A DNA stretch of 64,000 nt from contig JAHEFX010000001.1 in NCBI GenBank assembly GCA_024639975.1, forward strand, positions 1,460 through 65,459, in the 5' to 3' direction. This DNA comes from a bacterium. Its GTDB lineage: Bacteria > Actinomycetota > Acidimicrobiia > Spongiisociales > JAENVV01. The notes under the pieces were generated by a model, which saw only the letters and a list, made by a program, of their open reading frames with translations, had not been told where the DNA came from and did not search any database. Position 1 is the stretch's first letter. Each line of letters begins with the position of its first letter. Position numbers and translations under genes: made by a program. Positions 60,607-64,000 of the stretch are shown one piece after another.

Positions 60607-61823
60607 GGTGTTCCTCCCGGTGCCGGCCGCACCGTGGCGGTGCAGCGTCCGAACTCGATGTGGTGGACGCCGTCGGATGCAGCGCCTCGAAGTGTGACCG
60701 TGTCCCCGTCCTCGACCCAACTCCGCTCGGCATCGCCGACCGTGATCGGACGGGTGCCATCCCGGGTCATCTCCAACAGGCTGCCGTGACCGTCCGGCCC
60801 CGGACCGCTGATCGTCCCCGAGCCAAGCAGGTCACCCGTCCGGAGGGTCGCCCCGTTGGCGGTCAGGTGGGCGATCTGCTGGGCGACCGTCCAGTACAGG
60901 TCGGCGAAAGAGACCTTGGTCACCGGTGTGCCGTTGATCTCGGCTGTGAGGTCGATCGACCAGGTCGGGCCCGCCGGCTGCAGGTGTGGCAGTGGCGCGG
61001 GGTCTTGCGAGGGTGCTGGTCGCTCGAAGGGGGTGAGGGCTTCGAGCGGCACCACCCAGGGACTGATCGTGGTGGCGAACGACTTGCCGGCGAACGGTCC
61101 GAGTGGCTGGTACTCCCAAGCCTGGATGTCCCTGGCCGACCAGTCATTGAGCAGCACGAGGCCGGCCACGTGGCCCAGCGCCGCGGAGATCGGGACCGGG
61201 CCCTGAGCGGGCCTGCCGATGACGGCGCCGACCTCCAGCTCGAAGTCGAGCTTCCGGGTGGGACCGAAGTCCACGGTCCCACCCGTGGTGAACTGCCCCT
61301 CTGGTCGGGTGACCGGCGTCCCGGACACGGCGACCGTGCCCGACCGGCCGTGGTAGGCGATGGGAAGGTGCTTCCACGCAACCGGCAGGGCATCGCCATC
61401 CGGACGGAAGAGGCGACCGACATTCGTGGCGTGGACCAAGGATGAGTAGAAGTCGACGTAGTCGGCAACCCCGAACGGGAGTCGCAGGTCGATTTCGGCC
61501 ACCGGGCGCACTGCCCCGGCGAGCGGCCTTTGGAGGCTCGGTTCGGTGAGCAGGCGCGCCACCTTCTCGCGGACAGCAGGAAGGATCGGCAGCACGGCGT
61601 CCAGGGAATCCCGGGTGGCCGCCTTCGGGAGGTCGATGTGACCTGCCTTGCGCACGGCGTCGAGGTCGAGGACGTGGTCGCCGATGGCAACCACGACGTG
61701 GGGCCGGCCGCCATCGACGGAGCCCGCGCCGAACGGGAGGTGGTCGAGGCCGAACCCCGACCCCGGTGGCACCGGTATCCACGAGTTTGGCGGCGTGGTC
61801 AGCGGCCCTCCAACCAGGTCCAT
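60603..61823 (-). CDS. fahA: Fumarylacetoacetase
   Basis: DYVDFYSS, LPIAYHGR, LDFELE, NDWSARDIQ and GSGTISG motifs. The start may be CTG at 61802. Confidence 0.93.
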   Translation of the reverse strand: MDLVGGPLTTPPNSWIPVPPGSGFGLDHLPFGAGSVDGGRPHVVVAIGDHVLDLDAVRKAGHIDLPKAATRDSLDAVLPILPAVREKVARLLTEPSLQRPLAGAVRPVAEIDLRLPFGVADYVDFYSSLVHATNVGRLFRPDGDALPVAWKHLPIAYHGRSGTVAVSGTPVTRPEGQFTTGGTVDFGPTRKLDFELEVGAVIGRPAQGPVPISAALGHVAGLVLLNDWSARDIQAWEYQPLGPFAGKSFATTISPWVVPLEALTPFERPAPSQDPAPLPHLQPAGPTWSIDLTAEINGTPVTKVSFADLYWTVAQQIAHLTANGATLRTGDLLGSGTISGPGPDGHGSLLEMTRDGTRPITVGDAERSWVEDGDTVTLRGAASDGVHHIEFGRCTATVRPAPGGTP

Positions 61824-62962
61824 GCGTACGCCTCGTCCTCGGAGTCCCGGGCACCGGGCCCGAGCTCGAGGGGACGGAACGTGTCGATCATGACGGCGTA
61901 CTCCTCGGTCCCCTTGGCGCCGATGGTTGCCTCCACCGAGCCGGGTTGGGGGCCGTGGGTGTGGCCGCCCGGGTGCAGGGAGACCGACCCGGCCTCGATA
62001 CCGGAGCCCTTGCGGCTCATGAAGTTGCCCTCCACGTAGAAGAGCACCTCGTCGGAGTCGACGTTCGAGTGGTTGTAGGGGGCCGGAATGGCTTCGGGGT
62101 GGTAGTCGAAGAGCCGCGGCACGAACGAGCAGACCACGAGGTTCGGCGCCTCGAAGGTCTGGTGGACCGGCGGCGGTTGGTGGATCCTCCCGGTGATCGG
62201 TTCGAAGTCGCGGATGCTCAGGGCCCAGGGGTAGAGGCAGCCGTCCCAGCCGACCACGTCGAACGGGTGGTTGGCATAGACGTACCGGCTCACGCCCGAG
62301 CGGGTGCGGACCAGGACGTCAACCTCGGTGTCGTCGGCGAGCAGCGGCTCGGACGGGGCGCGGATGTCACGCTCGCAGTAGGGGGCGTGCTCGAGGAGCT
62401 GGCCGTTGCGCGAGAGGTATCGCCTGGGCGGGCCGATGTGGGCCCTCGTCTCGAGGATGAGCATCCGTACCGTCTCACCCTTGTCGACCACCCACCGATG
62501 GATGGTGGACGCTGGGACGATGACGTAGTCGCCGGGCCCGACGTCGAGGGCGCCGAAGGTCGACTCGAGTCGGGCGGACCCGGACTCGACGAAGACCATC
62601 TCGTCGCCCATGGCGTTCTTGGTCAGCGGACTCGTCTCGCCCACGGCTGCGTACGAGATCCTGCAGTCCTCATTCAGCATCATGAGGTGGCGACCCGAGA
62701 CCGCGTCGCCACCGGTCTTCAGCTCATGGGTCCTGAAGTGTCGGGGGAGGAGCGGGTGGTTGGGGGTCGACTCCTGGACCTCGGAGTCCACCGGTTCGAT
62801 CGCGACGAGCTCCGTCGGGAGGTGTCGGTGGTAGAGGAGCGCCGAGTCGTAGTTGAACCCCTCCTCGCCCATCAACTCCTCGGCGTAGAGCGAGCCGTCC
62901 GGCTGGCGGAACTGGGTGTGGCGTTTGCGGGGGACCTCCCCGACCTGTCGGTAGTGCGGCAT
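61799..62962 (-). CDS. hmgA: Homogentisate 1,2-dioxygenase
   Basis: MPHY...KRHTQF, HPFDVVGWDG, PYNHSNVDSDE and HPGGHTHGP motifs. Confidence 0.94.
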   Translation of the reverse strand: MPHYRQVGEVPRKRHTQFRQPDGSLYAEELMGEEGFNYDSALLYHRHLPTELVAIEPVDSEVQESTPNHPLLPRHFRTHELKTGGDAVSGRHLMMLNEDCRISYAAVGETSPLTKNAMGDEMVFVESGSARLESTFGALDVGPGDYVIVPASTIHRWVVDKGETVRMLILETRAHIGPPRRYLSRNGQLLEHAPYCERDIRAPSEPLLADDTEVDVLVRTRSGVSRYVYANHPFDVVGWDGCLYPWALSIRDFEPITGRIHQPPPVHQTFEAPNLVVCSFVPRLFDYHPEAIPAPYNHSNVDSDEVLFYVEGNFMSRKGSGIEAGSVSLHPGGHTHGPQPGSVEATIGAKGTEEYAVMIDTFRPLELGPGARDSEDEAYAWTWLEGR

Positions 62963-62965
62963 CGG

Positions 62966-63682
62966 TCAGCCTTTCGAGCGGATCTGGCCGAGGTGCGCCT
63001 TCGAGACCTCGGCGGCGGCGCGGCGGACGGAGCGGGCTACGGCCCGCTCGTCAGGGAAACGGTTCGATGGGGTGACGATGCCCAAGGACGCGATGGGGCG
63101 GCCGTCGATCCCGCGGATGGGGGCTGCCAGGCCCGACGCCCCCTGCTCGAGTTCGTCGTGGGAGACGAGGTAGCCGAGCTCCTCGAGGCGGAACAGCTGG
63201 GGACCGAGCTTCTCGGGATCGAGCCCGATCGCCTTCATCTCGGCGGGCCTCATGCCGAGGAGCAGGCATCGCCCATGGGCGGTCCTGGCCACCGAATGGG
63301 CCTGACCCGGGCGGTAGTGGATGCGGACCATCCGCTCGGGAGCCGTGACCTGTTCGATGGGCACGGCCTGGTCGCCTTGGCGGATGGTGAGGACGGCGGT
63401 TTCGCCGAACTCACGAACGAGCTCGGCCAACGCCGGACGGGCGTCGGCCCGAAGGTCGGGTTCGAGTCCTGCGGCGAGCTCGACGAGGCCGGCTCCGAGC
63501 CGGTACTGCATGCCGTTGCGGCGAATGAGCCCGTGGGGTTCGAGGGTCGCGAGAACTCGGAGGACGGCTTGTCGCGACATCTCGGTGCGTCTGGAGAGCT
63601 CGGTCGCCGAGCCCGGCCCACCATGGCGAACCTCGAACAGCAGGCGGATTGCCTGGTCGACGGTTTTGGAGGATTCGGCCAC
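62966..63682 (-). CDS. IclR-family regulator of the homogentisate operon
   Basis: HTH ATELSRR...VLRVLATL; TAHGRCLL and ELEQGASGLAAPI motifs. Confidence 0.9.
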   Translation of the reverse strand: MAESSKTVDQAIRLLFEVRHGGPGSATELSRRTEMSRQAVLRVLATLEPHGLIRRNGMQYRLGAGLVELAAGLEPDLRADARPALAELVREFGETAVLTIRQGDQAVPIEQVTAPERMVRIHYRPGQAHSVARTAHGRCLLLGMRPAEMKAIGLDPEKLGPQLFRLEELGYLVSHDELEQGASGLAAPIRGIDGRPIASLGIVTPSNRFPDERAVARSVRRAAAEVSKAHLGQIRSKG

Positions 63683-63700
63683 GCAGCGAGCGTATCGGAA

Positions 63701-63741
63701 AGTGTCCGGAGAAGACACTCCACTGTCCGGAAGATGGACAG
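63701..63741. promoter_or_regulatory. Tandem IclR-type operators
   Basis: AGTGTC-N7-GACACT (63701-63719) and CTGTCC-N7-GGACAG (63723-63741), both containing TGTCCGGA, 22 bp apart. Confidence 0.65.
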
Positions 63742-63819
63742 GTCAACTGATCCGGCTCGTCCCTAGGCACGGCTCACCCCCGGCGCGATAATCGGGGGTA
63801 CGGATCGGAGGAAGGGTCC

Positions 63820-64000
63820 ATGGGTTCTACCTCCCGAGTTGCATTGGCGGTGGCCGTCGCTGCCTCGGTGGCGATCGGGGCTCTGCCGATCCTGACCCCG
63901 CCGCCCCCCGACGGTCTCGACGCGGCCGAGGCGCTGGTCCTCGAGCTCGCCTCGGTGCCTCATCCGATGGGATCGGCAGAGCTCGCAGTGGTGCGGGATC
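63820..64000 (+). CDS. Probable M28-family peptidase, N-terminal fragment
   Basis: Manual translation MGSTSRVALAVAVAASVAIGALP...LASVPHPMGSAELAVVRD (PHPxGS motif); GGAGGA RBS; runs off the window. Confidence 0.65.
   Translation, partial: MGSTSRVALAVAVAASVAIGALPILTPPPPDGLDAAEALVLELASVPHPMGSAELAVVRD

Noticed and set aside
61766..63766. 666-aa plus-strand ORF, and similar long ORFs at 20486-22300, 33304-35082 and 27029-28693
   Set aside because: High-GC antisense shadows of well-supported genes, with no motifs.
63763..63963. 66-aa minus-strand ORF
   Set aside because: The opposite strand has a better gene, with an RBS, a signal-like N-terminus and the M28 PHPxGS motif.

Overview
High-GC bacterial chromosomal segment, most likely Actinomycetota, class Acidimicrobiia. 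This taxonomy is inferred from gene content, lipoprotein style, the guaA-pcrA-B12 domain-sucCD-purNH-folD-icd gene order and pervasive leaderless promoters. It holds about 63 protein-coding genes, mostly housekeeping or metabolic (bioY, dgt, phnDCE, sigma70, hisC, trpS, guaA, pcrA, sucCD, add, purNH, folD, icd, hmgA-fahA-hppD). I saw no rRNA, tRNA, CRISPR array, integrase or transposase. The most unusual items are: (1) a Phn-type ABC importer whose single 765-aa permease carries an Ig-like domain, a Ca-binding loop, an apparently circularly permuted lamin-tail-like domain of the kind found in extracellular nucleases, and about 6 extra TM helices; it lies between a 5'(3')-deoxyribonucleotidase and a translationally coupled dGTPase, suggesting a nucleotide/eDNA scavenging system; (2) an MMPL transporter whose first extracytoplasmic domain is triplicated in nested A-A-A-B-B-B order; (3) an orphan CheA-REC hybrid plus a sensor-less kinase between guaA and pcrA, behind a sigma28-like promoter; (4) a REP-like intergenic repeat family and several recognisable operator motifs. 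All family assignments come from motif recognition by eye, not database searches.
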